Shown here one piece after another: positions 1 to 11,018 of a stretch of 64,000 nucleotides of DNA. The DNA is taken from assembly GCA_965197905.1 (NCBI GenBank), contig CBDAOB010000005.1, forward strand, positions 1,632,001 to 1,696,000. The letters are read 5' to 3'. Position numbers and translations under genes: made by a program. The notes beneath the pieces were generated by a model. The model was not told the DNA's origin, searched no databases, and saw only the letters and a program-made list of their open reading frames with translations. The number at the start of each line of letters is the position of its first letter. The stretch's first letter is position 1. The stretch comes from Candidatus Latescibacterota bacterium (GTDB lineage: Bacteria; Latescibacterota; UBA2968; UBA8231).

Positions 1-375
1 GCTTGTGCTTGCCTGATAGAAACGAATCTTATCGTTCGCCCCTCGAATCGCTTCCAGAAGCCGAATTACGCCCAGGCCGGTGATCTCTCCCGTCAGTAGC
101 GGTTGCTCCCACGAGGCGGGCACGAACGACTGAGCGCCCAGGTTGTAGACCTCATCAGGTTTGGACTTCCGCAACGCCGAATCCAGCGAATTTTGATCCA
201 GCAAATCACCCGACAGGATCTCCACCTTGTCCTGGAAATGCCGGATGCGCTCGAAATTGACTGTACTGCTACGCCGGATCAGACCGTAGACCTCATATCC
301 CCTGTCCAGCAGAAACTCCGCCAGGTAAGATCCGTCCTGGCCCGTTATCCCCGTAACTAGTGCGCTCTTGTTCAC
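1..375 (-). CDS. gmd: GDP-mannose 4,6-dehydratase, 5' part (runs off window start)
   Basis: Manual translation of the minus strand: VNKSALVTGITGQDGSYLAEFLLDRGYEVYGLIRRSS...YNLGAQSFVPASW...FYQASTS; GTG start overlaps the gcvP stop (GTGA). Confidence 0.93.
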   Translation of the reverse strand, partial: MNKSALVTGITGQDGSYLAEFLLDRGYEVYGLIRRSSTVNFERIRHFQDKVEILSGDLLDQNSLDSALRKSKPDEVYNLGAQSFVPASWEQPLLTGEITGLGVIRLLEAIRGANDKIRFYQASTS

Positions 376-3260
376 GAGAGAGCCTTCCCTTCCTCTGTGT
401 AGGATTCCACAGGTGGACAGGAACAAACAAGCTGCCTGTCCCCCTTTGCGTTGTCCACACGGGCAACGCTTGGCCAGAACTTTCGCTCCTTTAACCAGGA
501 GGCGGGCAATGCCGCCTTCTCTCTACAGTACGGCCTCTTCCAGTCGGAAGATACCACTGCTTCGAGGGTGTGTGGTGCATTGATCAGCACATTGTCCTCG
601 AGATCGGCGGCGCCGGTTTCCAACTCTGCGATCTCCTCGCGTATCGAGATCATGGCGGAGCAAAATCGGTCTAGCTCTCGCTTCGACTCGCTCTCCGTCG
701 GTTCGATCATAAGGGTGCCCGCTACCGGAAAACTGACGGTGGGGGCATGATACCCATAGTCCATGAGACGTTTGGCCACGTCCTCCACGGTGATCCCGGC
801 TGAACCTTTGAAGTGCCGCAAGTCGATGATCGCTTCGTGGGCTATTAATCCGCTTTTGCCCCGGTAAAGCACAGGAAAGTGCGAATCGAGTCTATGGGCG
901 ACATAGTTCGCGTTTAGAATCGCTATTACGGTCGCGCGACGCAGTCCGGGACCGCCCATCATCTTGATATAAGCCCACGAAATGATGAGAATGAGGGCGC
1001 TTCCCCATGGCGCCGCGGCCACCGGTCCGATCGCCGCCGATCCCCCACAAGGGACGATGGGATGAGAAGGCAAAAACGGTTCCAGGTGTTCGGCCACGGC
1101 AATGGGCCCCATGCCCGGCCCACCCCCGCCGTGGGGAATACAGAAGGTCTTGTGCAGATTGAGATGGCACACGTCTATGCCAATTTTCCCGATCCTGCTG
1201 AGACCGACAAGGGCGTTGAGATTGGCACCATCCATATAGACCTGACCACCCCAGCGATGCACCGTTGCACAAATCTCGGTAATCCCTTCTTCGAAGACTC
1301 CGTGAGTCGACGGATATGTAACCATGAGCGCCGCGAGGATTTCGGCGTTCGCCTCCGCTTTTGCGGCCAAATCCTCAAGATCGATGTTACCCTGGTCATC
1401 GCAGCGAACGACCACCACCTCGTAACCGGCCATTATTGCGCTCGCTGGATTGGTACCATGGGCCGAAGCCGGAATCAAACACAACCTGCGTTGCGACTGC
1501 CCTGTCGACACGTGGTAGGCTGCAATCGCCAGGAGTCCCGCCAACTCACCCAGCGAACCTGCGTTCGGTTGCAGCGATATGCCCGGAAGCCCAGTAATCT
1601 CGCGCAGCATGGCGCTCAGTTCGTCTATGATTTCGGCGTAGCCCAAGCCCTGGTCCGCGGGAGCAAACGGATGCAGACGCGCAAACTGTGGCCAGGTAAT
1701 CGCCAACATCTCTGCGGAGGCGTTCAGTTTCATCGTGCACGATCCGAGCGGAATCATGGAAGAGACCAAGGAAAGATCCCGTTCCTCAAGACGCCGCATG
1801 TATCGCAGCATCTCCGTCTCCGACTGGTAGCTGTTGAAAACCGGATGGGCCAAATAGCTAGATTGCCGCCGATGGGGTTCTTGCCACGAAAAATCCCCCT
1901 CGGCGCCGGAGGAAGCGCCTGCAGCCACGCCCAAACATGACGCGATCTTCTCGATATCCGCTGGGCGGCTGGTCTCATCCAGAGCGACACAGAACTCGTT
2001 CGCAGTCAGCAGGCGAAGGTTGTATCCCGCATCTTTCGCTCGGGTCACGACCTCGCTGGCACCGCCTGAAATGCAACAAATCTTCAGACAGTCGAAGAAT
2101 TGATCATGCCCAATCTCCCAACCCTGATGGCTAAGGGTCGTCGCCAAGTCCCGCGTCAACTGGTGAATGCGACTCGCTATGGCTTTGAGTCCGTCGGGTC
2201 CGTGAAATACAGCGAACATGCTCGCGACCACCGCGGGCAACACCTGGGCGGTGCAAATGTTGCTGGTGGCTCGTTCTCGCTTGATGTGCTGTTCCCGAGT
2301 TTGGAGTGCCATCCGCAACGCCCTCTTTCCCCTGGCATCCTCTGAGACCCCGATGATCCGACCCGGAACGTGTCGCCTGAAATCCGCCCGCGTCGCGAAA
2401 AACGCAGCGTGTGGCCCGCCGAATCCCAAAGGCATGCCCAATCTCTGAGTGCTGCCCACCACCACATCGGCGCCGAACTCGCCAGGAGGTGCAAGCAGGC
2501 ACAGACTAAGAAGATCGGCTGCAACGACCACGAAAACGTCATTCGACCGTGCTGCGGAGCAGATTCCGCGCAGATCGCGGATCTCACCACTTGTGGATGG
2601 ATACTGCAGTAGCGCGCCGAAGCTTTGACCAGTGAGGTCGAATCTCTCCGGGTTTTCCACCACCACGTTCCATCCACGGGCACGGGCGCGTACCCGAACC
2701 ACTTCGATCGTTTGCGGATGGCAATCTGCGGCAACCAGAAACCGGGGCTCTCCCTCAACCTTCGATAGAGCGTGCAACATGCTCATCGCTTCTGCGGCTG
2801 CCGTCGCCTCATCGAGCAGCGATGCATTCGCCAACTCCATGCCGGTTAGATCAATGACCATGGTTTGGAAATTTAACAGCGCTTCCAGGCGCCCCTGAGC
2901 TATCTCGGATTGGTACGGGGTGTATTGGGTGTACCAGGCTGGGTTCTCCAGGATATTGCGCTGGATTACTGGCGGCGTATGACAGTCGGAGTAGCCCAAG
3001 CCCAGCAGGTTGTGAGCAATCCGATTTTTCGATGCTTTAATACGCAACTCCTCGAGGAGCTCCGGTTCGCTGAGCGGGTCATCAATATCTAGGGGTCGAG
3101 TCGCGCGAATCTGCTTCGGAACCACGCGATCGACGAGTTCCTCCAGCGTCCGAATCTCCAGCTCTTGCATCATGCCGCCGATCTCGTCGACGTCTGGTCC
3201 GATGTGACGACGCGAAAAACTGCCCACTTCCGCTAGCTGGTCGTCATCTCTGGGACGCAT
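372..3260 (-). CDS. gcvP: Glycine dehydrogenase (decarboxylating), single-chain P protein
   Basis: YTPYQSEIAQGRLE, TSNICTAQ, LGSCTMKLN, HLNLHKTFCIPHGGGGPG motifs; start placed at ATG 3260. Confidence 0.97.
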   Translation of the reverse strand: MRPRDDDQLAEVGSFSRRHIGPDVDEIGGMMQELEIRTLEELVDRVVPKQIRATRPLDIDDPLSEPELLEELRIKASKNRIAHNLLGLGYSDCHTPPVIQRNILENPAWYTQYTPYQSEIAQGRLEALLNFQTMVIDLTGMELANASLLDEATAAAEAMSMLHALSKVEGEPRFLVAADCHPQTIEVVRVRARARGWNVVVENPERFDLTGQSFGALLQYPSTSGEIRDLRGICSAARSNDVFVVVAADLLSLCLLAPPGEFGADVVVGSTQRLGMPLGFGGPHAAFFATRADFRRHVPGRIIGVSEDARGKRALRMALQTREQHIKRERATSNICTAQVLPAVVASMFAVFHGPDGLKAIASRIHQLTRDLATTLSHQGWEIGHDQFFDCLKICCISGGASEVVTRAKDAGYNLRLLTANEFCVALDETSRPADIEKIASCLGVAAGASSGAEGDFSWQEPHRRQSSYLAHPVFNSYQSETEMLRYMRRLEERDLSLVSSMIPLGSCTMKLNASAEMLAITWPQFARLHPFAPADQGLGYAEIIDELSAMLREITGLPGISLQPNAGSLGELAGLLAIAAYHVSTGQSQRRLCLIPASAHGTNPASAIMAGYEVVVVRCDDQGNIDLEDLAAKAEANAEILAALMVTYPSTHGVFEEGITEICATVHRWGGQVYMDGANLNALVGLSRIGKIGIDVCHLNLHKTFCIPHGGGGPGMGPIAVAEHLEPFLPSHPIVPCGGSAAIGPVAAAPWGSALILIISWAYIKMMGGPGLRRATVIAILNANYVAHRLDSHFPVLYRGKSGLIAHEAIIDLRHFKGSAGITVEDVAKRLMDYGYHAPTVSFPVAGTLMIEPTESESKRELDRFCSAMISIREEIAELETGAADLEDNVLINAPHTLEAVVSSDWKRPYCREKAALPASWLKERKFWPSVARVDNAKGDRQLVCSCPPVESYTEEGKALS

Positions 3261-4371
3261 GTTTCCTCTTCTTGACCCGGGACGGAACAAATGGCAAAGA
3301 AACGACCTCGGCCCGTTTTCTTTGTCCGCGGATCTCTATCTGCAGCTCAGTTCCTTTTCTTGCCTCGGTATTATCGACATAGCCAAGAGCTATTCCGCTT
3401 TTGATTGTCATCGAATAGGTTCCGCTGGTAACCCTGCCCACTTCTTTTTCCTCCGCTGCGAAAACCACCTGCCCCCGCCTGGGAATCCCTTTCTCCAAGA
3501 GCCTCAGCCCAACCAATCGCTGTCTGTCCCCCTGCTCCCGCAACCGCTCCAGCGCCTCTCGGCCGACGAAATCAGCCGTTTTGTCGAGGCGTAGGGTCCA
3601 GCCTAGCCGCGCCTGCAGCGGATCCGTTGAGACGTCGATTTCGTTCCCGTACAAACAGAACCCCATCTCGGTGCGCAGCGTATCGCGACACCCGAGGCCA
3701 CATGGCTCCGCTTCTTTACCAAGCACAGCATCCCAGAGAGCTGCAGCATGGTCGCTCGAACTCACGATTTCGAATCCGTCTTCTCCCGAATAACCGTTGC
3801 GACTGACGAGCAGACTTCCGTACGAACCGGTCATCTCCAAGAAAGTATAGTATGCCAACGACTCTACATCGTCACCGATCAATCCCTGCAGCAACTTCTC
3901 CGACTCGGGGCCTTGTACGGCGACTATAGCTCGCCTCGCGCCAACCGATTCGATCTCGACGTTTGCGAAACGCTCAGCAGCGCCTTCTATCCAACGCAGG
4001 TCTTCCGCTGTCCGGCTGGCGTTCACCACCAGCAGAAACTCGTCAGCATCGAATCGATAAACCGTCAGATCATCGATGATTCCGCCTTGCTCGTTGCAGA
4101 GGACCGAGTACAACATCTGTCCCAGCTCGAGCTTGCCGGGCTCCGCCGGGAGCAGGTACTCCAGGAGGGCGATCGCGTTGCCCTTGGCGATGCGTATCTG
4201 CCCCATATGAGAGACGTCGAACGCACCAACCGCGGTCCGGACCGCCTCATGTTCAGCGCCAATACCGCGGAATTGGACGGGCATCTCCCAACCTGCAAAC
4301 GGTGCCATTCGTGCGCTTCGAGCGAGGTGGTTGGGATGCAATGGTGTCTTGCGAAGCTCAGCTTCCGTCAT
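3244..4371 (-). CDS. gcvT: Glycine cleavage system aminomethyltransferase T
   Basis: KTPLH, FAGWEMP, FDVSHMG, GYSGEDGFE, GLGCRDTLRTEMG motifs; adjacent to gcvP. Confidence 0.96.
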   Translation of the reverse strand: MTEAELRKTPLHPNHLARSARMAPFAGWEMPVQFRGIGAEHEAVRTAVGAFDVSHMGQIRIAKGNAIALLEYLLPAEPGKLELGQMLYSVLCNEQGGIIDDLTVYRFDADEFLLVVNASRTAEDLRWIEGAAERFANVEIESVGARRAIVAVQGPESEKLLQGLIGDDVESLAYYTFLEMTGSYGSLLVSRNGYSGEDGFEIVSSSDHAAALWDAVLGKEAEPCGLGCRDTLRTEMGFCLYGNEIDVSTDPLQARLGWTLRLDKTADFVGREALERLREQGDRQRLVGLRLLEKGIPRRGQVVFAAEEKEVGRVTSGTYSMTIKSGIALGYVDNTEARKGTELQIEIRGQRKRAEVVSLPFVPSRVKKRKHASQR

Positions 4372-4375
4372 TTGT

Positions 4376-4981
4376 TCAATCAGAGGCGCAACTCTCACCC
4401 GACAGTTCCCGCCACAAGCTCTCGGCCTCATGTTCCAGATCAGTCAGTGTGCCGTGGTTGTGTATCACGTAGTCTGCCATGGTGCGTTTTGCGTCCGAGG
4501 GCAGCTGAAATGCCATGCGCTTCTCTATCTCCTCGCGTGTCAGCCTTCCTTGACGGATGACTCGCTGAATGCGCTCCTCCTCGTCGGCATCGACCACGAC
4601 GATGACATCGTACGCCTTCTTGTCACCCCACTCAAAGAGCACCGCCGCCTCGACAGCTATGATTCGTTCGCTACTTCTACCGATCTCCTCTACCTCTCTC
4701 CGCAACGCCGAGGACAGCGCCGGTTGAACAATCTGGTTCAACCGTTCATAGCTGTCTCTGTCGGTAAATGCCTTCCGCCCGAGCCGTCGCCGATCGACCT
4801 TGCCGCTTTGGTCGACGATCTCCTCACCGAAACTCTCGAGCAGCCGCTGTTTGACGGAGGTTTGCTCTATGACTCGGTGGCCAATCTGGTCTGCATCGAC
4901 GACCACGGCTCCACGACTGCGGAAATACTCCGTCAGGTATGACTTTCCAGCTCCGATTCCGCCGGTGATTCCGATAAGCAC
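4376..4981 (-). CDS. coaE: Dephospho-CoA kinase
   Basis: IGITGGIGAGKS P-loop, DADQIGH, VDRRRLG. Confidence 0.95.
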   Translation of the reverse strand: MLIGITGGIGAGKSYLTEYFRSRGAVVVDADQIGHRVIEQTSVKQRLLESFGEEIVDQSGKVDRRRLGRKAFTDRDSYERLNQIVQPALSSALRREVEEIGRSSERIIAVEAAVLFEWGDKKAYDVIVVVDADEEERIQRVIRQGRLTREEIEKRMAFQLPSDAKRTMADYVIHNHGTLTDLEHEAESLWRELSGESCASD

Positions 4982-5097
4982 GAGAGAGCAGGTTCTCTGT
5001 CAACCAGGATGGCCAGAAGGAGATTCTTGGGGGAGTGAGCGGCCCAACGGCCGTGCTACCGAGGGGAGAGTGGAGCGCCGCAGCGAAACAACCGTCG

Positions 5098-5955
5098 CTA
5101 TCGATCGCCTCTCAAATATTTGAAGAATTCGCTCTCCGCCGGCAATACGAGCACCGTATTGTCGTCCAGAGATTTTTCGTACGCCTCAAGAGTACGGGTA
5201 AACTGGTAGAAGCGTTCGGCATTTCTATAGGCCGCCGCATAGATACGCAGCGCCTCCGCGTCACCTTCACCGCGGATTCCCTGCGCTTTCTCGTATGCTC
5301 CCGCGCTTATGCGTGCCGCATCCAGGTCTGTTATGGCGCGTATCTTGAGGGCCGCTTCTTCCCCTTCGGAGCGATACCCCTTCGCCTCCCGATCGCGCTC
5401 CGCACGCATGCGATCGTAAACCGCCGCTTCGTTTTCTGGAGGCAGATCGGCCCGCTTGATGCGCACGTCGAGAACCTCGATTCCATAGACCCGTGCCGCT
5501 TCGTTGGCGCGCTGGGCCACCAATTGCATGAGCTCTTCTCTGTTGATGGAAACGACTTCCGTCAGATCGTGTTGGCCCAACTCCTTTCGGAGCTCCGAGT
5601 AGATGATATCATCCAGACGGGACTGTCCTTCCTCCGTAGTTCGCAAGGTCTGCATGAACAGTAGCGGATCGACGATTCGCCACCTGGCGTAGTTGTCCAG
5701 GATGAGAATCTTCTTGTCCTTGGTGTAGATCTCCTCGGGGTTGGCGTCGTAGCCCAGCAACCATTTATCGAAGAAGGTTACCTTCTGCACCGGATTGGGA
5801 AGCTTGAAATAAAGTCCAGGTTCGCGCACCACCCGAACCGGTTCACCGAACTGGGTCACGACCCCCTGTTCCCATTCGCCAATGGTAAACGCAACTAGGT
5901 TCAACCCGAAAAGAGCGACCACGATAGCGATGAGGAGGCCGACGGGACCTTTCAT
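5098..5955 (-). CDS. hflC: FtsH protease modulator HflC
   Basis: SPFH domain; QFGEP, DVRIKRADLP, RMRAER motifs; coupled to hflK. Confidence 0.93.
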   Translation of the reverse strand: MKGPVGLLIAIVVALFGLNLVAFTIGEWEQGVVTQFGEPVRVVREPGLYFKLPNPVQKVTFFDKWLLGYDANPEEIYTKDKKILILDNYARWRIVDPLLFMQTLRTTEEGQSRLDDIIYSELRKELGQHDLTEVVSINREELMQLVAQRANEAARVYGIEVLDVRIKRADLPPENEAAVYDRMRAERDREAKGYRSEGEEAALKIRAITDLDAARISAGAYEKAQGIRGEGDAEALRIYAAAYRNAERFYQFTRTLEAYEKSLDDNTVLVLPAESEFFKYLRGDR

Positions 5956-6950
5956 TTGTCACCGCCTTTTTGGGTCAGATTCAACAGGTTCAGAAGCCCT
6001 CCGCTGTTGTCGTTTTCAATAACGTACTTTTGCAACGTTGGAAGAATCTTTTCCATCGTTTCGAGATAGAGGCGAGTCTCGGTCACAGCAGGCGCCTTCT
6101 TGTATTCCTCATATACCGAGGCGAAACGGTCTGCGTCACCCTGTGCCCTTCGGACGCGTTCGACCTTATAGCCTTCCGCCGCCTTGAGCGCTTTTTCGGC
6201 CTCACCTCTGGCCTTCGGAATAATGTCGTTCTGGTAACCCTTCGCTTCGTTGATCAGTCGTTCTCTATCCTCTTTGGCGCTAGCCACGTCCTTGAAGGCG
6301 GCGTCGACCTGGCTTGGGGCACTCACCGTCTGCAATTGAACCGTCTCCACTACCAGACCGCATTGGTAACGGTCAAACTGTTCCTGCAATTTTGCTTCAA
6401 TCTCGGTCTGAATCAACAGCTTCCCTTCCGTCAGCGCCTCCTCGATCTTGTGCCGGCCAATTACCTGTCTGAGAGCGGCTTCGCTGGCGTCATGGACCAA
6501 GCCCTGGTTGCGCTCCTCGAACGCTCCGAGCCCCTCCACGTTAAAAAGAGCATCCACTACACTCTTGATGCGATACTGAACCACCATCTCCACATCGATA
6601 ATATTCTCGTCCCCCGTAAGCATTAAGGCTTCCTTCGGAATATCGCGGTAGCGGGCGGGGGGACCCGGGTCGATCGTCCGAAAACCCACCTCGTCGCGAT
6701 AGACCTTGGTAACCGACTTGACGATGACGACCTCGATGGGCGGAGGCAGATGGTAGTGCAGTCCCGGCTCCACCACGTAATGGAGCTTTTTGAAGCGGAG
6801 CACGACCCCTTTTTCATCCGGATCTACCGTGTAAATTCCGCTTAAAAACCATAGAGCGAGCAGAATGCCCACGATCATGTACAGCATCTTTGGGCTCAGG
6901 TTCAGCTGAGGTACGGATTTCTGGCCCGGAAATTCAAACTGTTGTGGCAT
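5952..6950 (-). CDS. hflK: FtsH protease modulator HflK
   Basis: MLTGDENII, AQGDADRF, TETRLYLETME motifs. Confidence 0.93.
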   Translation of the reverse strand: MPQQFEFPGQKSVPQLNLSPKMLYMIVGILLALWFLSGIYTVDPDEKGVVLRFKKLHYVVEPGLHYHLPPPIEVVIVKSVTKVYRDEVGFRTIDPGPPARYRDIPKEALMLTGDENIIDVEMVVQYRIKSVVDALFNVEGLGAFEERNQGLVHDASEAALRQVIGRHKIEEALTEGKLLIQTEIEAKLQEQFDRYQCGLVVETVQLQTVSAPSQVDAAFKDVASAKEDRERLINEAKGYQNDIIPKARGEAEKALKAAEGYKVERVRRAQGDADRFASVYEEYKKAPAVTETRLYLETMEKILPTLQKYVIENDNSGGLLNLLNLTQKGGDK

Positions 6951-7129
6951 TCAATCCCTTTCGCGACACACATGCCGGCTGGAGTACCAAAACGGTTGAA
7001 AATCTATGCGGTGTCGATTCGGCTGTCAATCTGTGGAGAGCCACTGTCCGAGCTCGAATGCGTTGACACTCGAGAAACGAAAACGTATTCTCTCGCCGAG
7101 CCACAAGAGGCAACTGAAAGGAATTCTCC

Positions 7130-7741
7130 ATGGCCATTGTGCCAATCGTAATCGAGCAGACGGGAAGGGGCGAGCGCGCCTACGATATATTCTCCATGCT
7201 TTTGAAGGAGAGGATCATCTTCATCGGCTATCCCATTAACGACAGCGAAGCCAACCTCATCGTCGCTCAGCTCCTCTATCTCGCTTCTGAAGATCCCAAT
7301 AAAGACATCTCCATCTACATCAACAGCCCGGGCGGAAGCCTGACAGCCGGGTTGGCCATTTTCGACACGATTCAGCACATAAGCTGCGACGTTCAGACTT
7401 TGTGCGTCGGTCAAGCTTACAGCATGAGCGCCATCTTGCTGGCGGGGGGAACAAAAGGAAAAAGGCATGCCTTGCCCCATTCCCGGTTCATGCTGCACCA
7501 ACCATGGGGCGGGGTTCAGGGTCAAGCATCGGACATAGAGATTCACGCCAAGGAGATCATGGACTGGCGTCAGCGGCTCAATCAGATCCTGGTGGAATCC
7601 ACAGGCCAATCGGTAGAACGTATTGTAGAGGTGACGGAAAGAGACTACTTCCTCTCTCCTGCCGAAGCACTGGAGTTCGGCCTGATCGACACAGTACTCA
7701 CCTCCGAGCGGGAAACCGAGGAGATCGATTCGGGGCCCTAG
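7130..7741 (+). CDS. clpP: ATP-dependent Clp protease proteolytic subunit
   Basis: [15 protein letters not shown], Ser (AYSM), His (MLHQP) and Asp (ERDY) catalytic residues present. Confidence 0.97.
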   Translation: MAIVPIVIEQTGRGERAYDIFSMLLKERIIFIGYPINDSEANLIVAQLLYLASEDPNKDISIYINSPGGSLTAGLAIFDTIQHISCDVQTLCVGQAYSMSAILLAGGTKGKRHALPHSRFMLHQPWGGVQGQASDIEIHAKEIMDWRQRLNQILVESTGQSVERIVEVTERDYFLSPAEALEFGLIDTVLTSERETEEIDSGP

Positions 7742-7742
7742 C

Positions 7743-8632
7743 CTACTCCAGACCTACCACCTGGTTACGCCCTCCCAGTTTCGCCCTGTAGAGTCGCTCA
7801 TCGGCCCGCCGCACCAACTCCTCGACCGATTCCACATCGTCGTTCGGATAGGTGGCGATCCCCATACTGATGGTAACCCTCACTCTTGCACCTCAGGCTC
7901 GAATCGTGCGCTTTCGATTGCGCTAAGTATGCGTTTACCCAAGATCGCGCTACCCCGGGCGTCGGTGTGATTGAGAACCAGGGCAAACTCCTCACCCCCA
8001 TACCGGGCGATCAGATCCTCCCCACGCATCAGCGTTCGCGTCAGGTTGGCTACCCCGCGTATCACCGAATCGCCCACCTGGTGCCCCCACGTGTCGTTGA
8101 TGCTTTTGAACCGATCGATGTCCAGGAGTGCGCAGGAACACGGATGTCCGTAACGCCGTGCCTCTTTCAGCTTCACAGCAACCTGGGCGTCGAGATATCG
8201 TCGGTTATACACCCCGGTGAGTTCATCCACCAGGGCATCGGATTTTAAGTCATCGATCCTCTTCTTGGTGCGCAGACGTGCCGCGATCAGTGCCCCGAGC
8301 TCCCGGGGCTCGAATGGTAGGTCGATAAAATCCGAAGCGCCGGCACGCAGTTCCCTCGCACGAAGCTCCCAGGCGGTATTGCTGCCCAAAAGTATTACCG
8401 GGATGTCGACCTCGCGCGGATCCACCGCCGGCAATGCGGCCACCAGGTCGGTCACCGGCAGAGGCGTCGTTGTCCGATCCACGATGACGAGATCAACCTG
8501 GCGATCGGCCAACGTTACTCGCGCGAGATCCCAGTTTTCGACAATCTTCGCGAATATCCCTTCGTCCTCCAGGGCGCGAAGAGCCCCCCCACGCGATTCG
8601 GGATCGGCGGATATGAACAGTATCTCGCTCAC
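7743..8632 (-). CDS. Response-regulator diguanylate cyclase (REC-GGDEF); one-base frameshift near 7890
   Basis: REC-like N-terminus, DELTGVYNRR, LDIDRFKSIND, RYGGEEF. The C-terminal part (VTISMGIATYP...RADERLYRAKLGGRNQVVGLE*) continues in another frame to TAG at 7743. Confidence 0.88.
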
Positions 8633-9657
8633 GCGAGTTGCCTGGGGAACGGGAAGGCGACCACCTCATCGATATCCGCGGAATCGGTGAGCAGCATACA
8701 TAACCGGTCCACCCCCAAAGCGAAACCTCCGGCCGGCGGCATGCCATGTCGCATCATATCCAGAAATTCGGCGTCCATAGGGTAAATAGGATTTCCTGCA
8801 GCTCGGCGTTTTTCTCGTTCCACCAAAAATCGCTTCTCTTGTTCCAACGGATCGTTGAGCTCGCTGAAGCCATTGCCCAACTCGAGGCCGCCTATATAGG
8901 CCTCCACCCTCTCGGCCAGCTCGGGCGCGCCCGGTTTGAACCGTGCCAATGCAGCCATTCGAGCCGGATAGTCGACGATAAATACGGGGCCCATCTCTGA
9001 CAAGGCAGGTTCGACCCGCTCTAGAAACACCTTGAAGAATAATTCGTCCCAGCTGTCGGCTGGATCGGCACTCAAAATCCCGGTTTTGCGCGCCGCGTTG
9101 AGGAAGTCCGCTTCTCGGATGCAGCTTTCGAGGCAAATGTCGGCGTGTTTTGCAAAGGCGTCAGCGACGGTAATTCTCTTCCACGGGAGTGACAACTCGA
9201 GATCCCGCCCCTGATAGGCAACTGAGGTCGATCCGCACACGGTGTGGGCTACGTGGGCGACGAGCTGCTCGACGTCGCTCATGACGTGGACGTAACTGTG
9301 CCGCGCCCTGTACCACTCCAGCATCGAAAATTCGGGATTGCTCGTGGCGGAGGCATCTTCGTCACGAAAACAGTGGCTGATCTGGAATATACGTTCCAAG
9401 CCAGAGCCGAGAAGGCGCTTCATGTGGTGTTCGGGGGAGGTGATTAGGTAGTACTGCGCTTTGGAACCTGCCACGCAAAAGGGCTCGATGGTAGCTTCGG
9501 AACTTGGAGCACGCACCAGTTGGGGTGTGTCTACCTCCAGGAATCCCCGCTCTTCCCAAAATGCGCGTATTGTCCGGACCACTTCACAGCGCACTGCCAT
9601 GTTGTCGCGCAACCGAATCAGGCTGCGGGGGATTTCGCTTGAGGATGGCTTTACCAA
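8629..9657 (-). CDS. epmA: EF-P lysine-(R)-beta-lysine ligase (LysRS catalytic-domain paralog)
   Basis: FLEVDTP, LITSPEHHMKRLL, PEFSMLEWYR, ELGNGFSEL, GFALGVDRL; no anticodon-binding domain. Confidence 0.92.
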   Translation of the reverse strand: MVKPSSSEIPRSLIRLRDNMAVRCEVVRTIRAFWEERGFLEVDTPQLVRAPSSEATIEPFCVAGSKAQYYLITSPEHHMKRLLGSGLERIFQISHCFRDEDASATSNPEFSMLEWYRARHSYVHVMSDVEQLVAHVAHTVCGSTSVAYQGRDLELSLPWKRITVADAFAKHADICLESCIREADFLNAARKTGILSADPADSWDELFFKVFLERVEPALSEMGPVFIVDYPARMAALARFKPGAPELAERVEAYIGGLELGNGFSELNDPLEQEKRFLVEREKRRAAGNPIYPMDAEFLDMMRHGMPPAGGFALGVDRLCMLLTDSADIDEVVAFPFPRQLA

Positions 9658-9675
9658 GATCTGCTCTGGATATAA

Positions 9676-9709
9676 AGGCGGCCTGCCTCAGGATGGGCGA
9701 AAGCCGCCT
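9676..9709 (-). terminator. Possible terminator hairpin between clpX and epmA
   Basis: AGGCGGC...GCCGCCT stem followed on the minus strand by TTTATA (weak U-tract). Confidence 0.35.
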
Positions 9710-9769
9710 GATACAGGCCTCGGTTGAGCGCTTCGTATGGAGAAAGAAGATTTCAGTACCTAGACATCG

Positions 9770-10999
9770 CTAGGCTCGTTTCCTCCTGAACAAGTATGTC
9801 GGCGGCGCCTTCGACTCGATGAATTCTCGGGTAATCACACATTCCTTGATGTCGTCGCGAGCCGGCAATTCGTACATGATTTCGAACATCGAGGTTTCAA
9901 GGACTGCTCGCAAGCCGCGGGCGCCCATCGATTTTTGCTGCGCCGACTCGACGATTTTTTCCAATGCCTCATCCTCAAAGCGAAGCACGAGACCATCCAT
10001 CTCAAACAGCTTCTGGTACTGCTTCACCAACGCGTTCTTTGGTGTGACGAGGATCTCCATCATGGCGCGATCGCTGAGAGGATGTAGAGTGCTCACTACC
10101 GGCAGGCGACCGATGAGTTCGGGAATCAGACCGTATTGAATCAGATCCTCCGGTTCGACGCGGCTGCATAGCTGAGCATCGTCCAACTCTTCAACCTCGC
10201 CAACCTGACTGCCAAATCCCACAGCTCTCCTCCCGAGCCGCTGGTGCACGATGCGATCGAGGCCGTCAAAGGCCCCACCGCAAACGAACAGAATATTCTT
10301 GGTATTTATCTGTACGAGAGGCTGCTCCGGATGTTTGCGACCCCCCTTTGGCGGCACGCCTGAGATGGTGCCCTCAAGAATCTTCAAGAGTTCCTGTTGC
10401 ACGCCTTCTCCAGATACGTCTCTCGTGATGGACGGATTTCCGGACTTGCGAGCGATCTTGTCGATTTCGTCTACGAAAAGGATTCCCCGCTCAGCCTGCC
10501 TTACATCGTAGTCGGCCGCCTGTAGGATTCGAACGAGGATGTTCTCCACATCCTCCCCTACGTATCCCGCTTCTGTTAATACCGTCGCATCTACAATGGC
10601 AAACGGAACCTGCAGCATTCGGGCTAGGGTTTCCGCAAGGAGTGTCTTGCCGGTGCCAGTGGGACCGATCAAGAGAATGTTGCTCTTGCTCAACTCTACA
10701 TCCGAAGCGCCAGAATATACGCGCTTGTAGTGATTGTAAACGGCAACGGAGAGCGCTTTCTTCGCCCGCTCCTGCCCGATGATATGTTCGTCTAGGTGTT
10801 CCTTGATTTCCGCCGGCTTGGGCAGGGGCTTGCCGTTGAGATTTGGCTCTTGGCGATTTTCCTCATCCAAGACCTCATTACACAGCCCCACACATTCATT
10901 GCAGATGTGGACAGATGGGCCCTGAATGATCTTTTCGACCTGGTCGATGCCCTTGCCGCAAAATGAACAGCTAACGCTGCTACGGGTCTTTTTTAGCAT
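9770..10999 (-). CDS. clpX: ATP-dependent Clp protease ATP-binding subunit ClpX
   Basis: CSFCGK...ICNEC zinc finger, [24 protein letters not shown]; start placed at ATG 10999. Confidence 0.97.
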   Translation of the reverse strand: MLKKTRSSVSCSFCGKGIDQVEKIIQGPSVHICNECVGLCNEVLDEENRQEPNLNGKPLPKPAEIKEHLDEHIIGQERAKKALSVAVYNHYKRVYSGASDVELSKSNILLIGPTGTGKTLLAETLARMLQVPFAIVDATVLTEAGYVGEDVENILVRILQAADYDVRQAERGILFVDEIDKIARKSGNPSITRDVSGEGVQQELLKILEGTISGVPPKGGRKHPEQPLVQINTKNILFVCGGAFDGLDRIVHQRLGRRAVGFGSQVGEVEELDDAQLCSRVEPEDLIQYGLIPELIGRLPVVSTLHPLSDRAMMEILVTPKNALVKQYQKLFEMDGLVLRFEDEALEKIVESAQQKSMGARGLRAVLETSMFEIMYELPARDDIKECVITREFIESKAPPTYLFRRKRA

Positions 11000-11018
11000 A
11001 CGTGGATGAAAACCTCTT

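Noticed and set aside
372..4371. gcvT-gcvP without gcvH
   Set aside because: gcvH is often encoded elsewhere; uninformative in one window.
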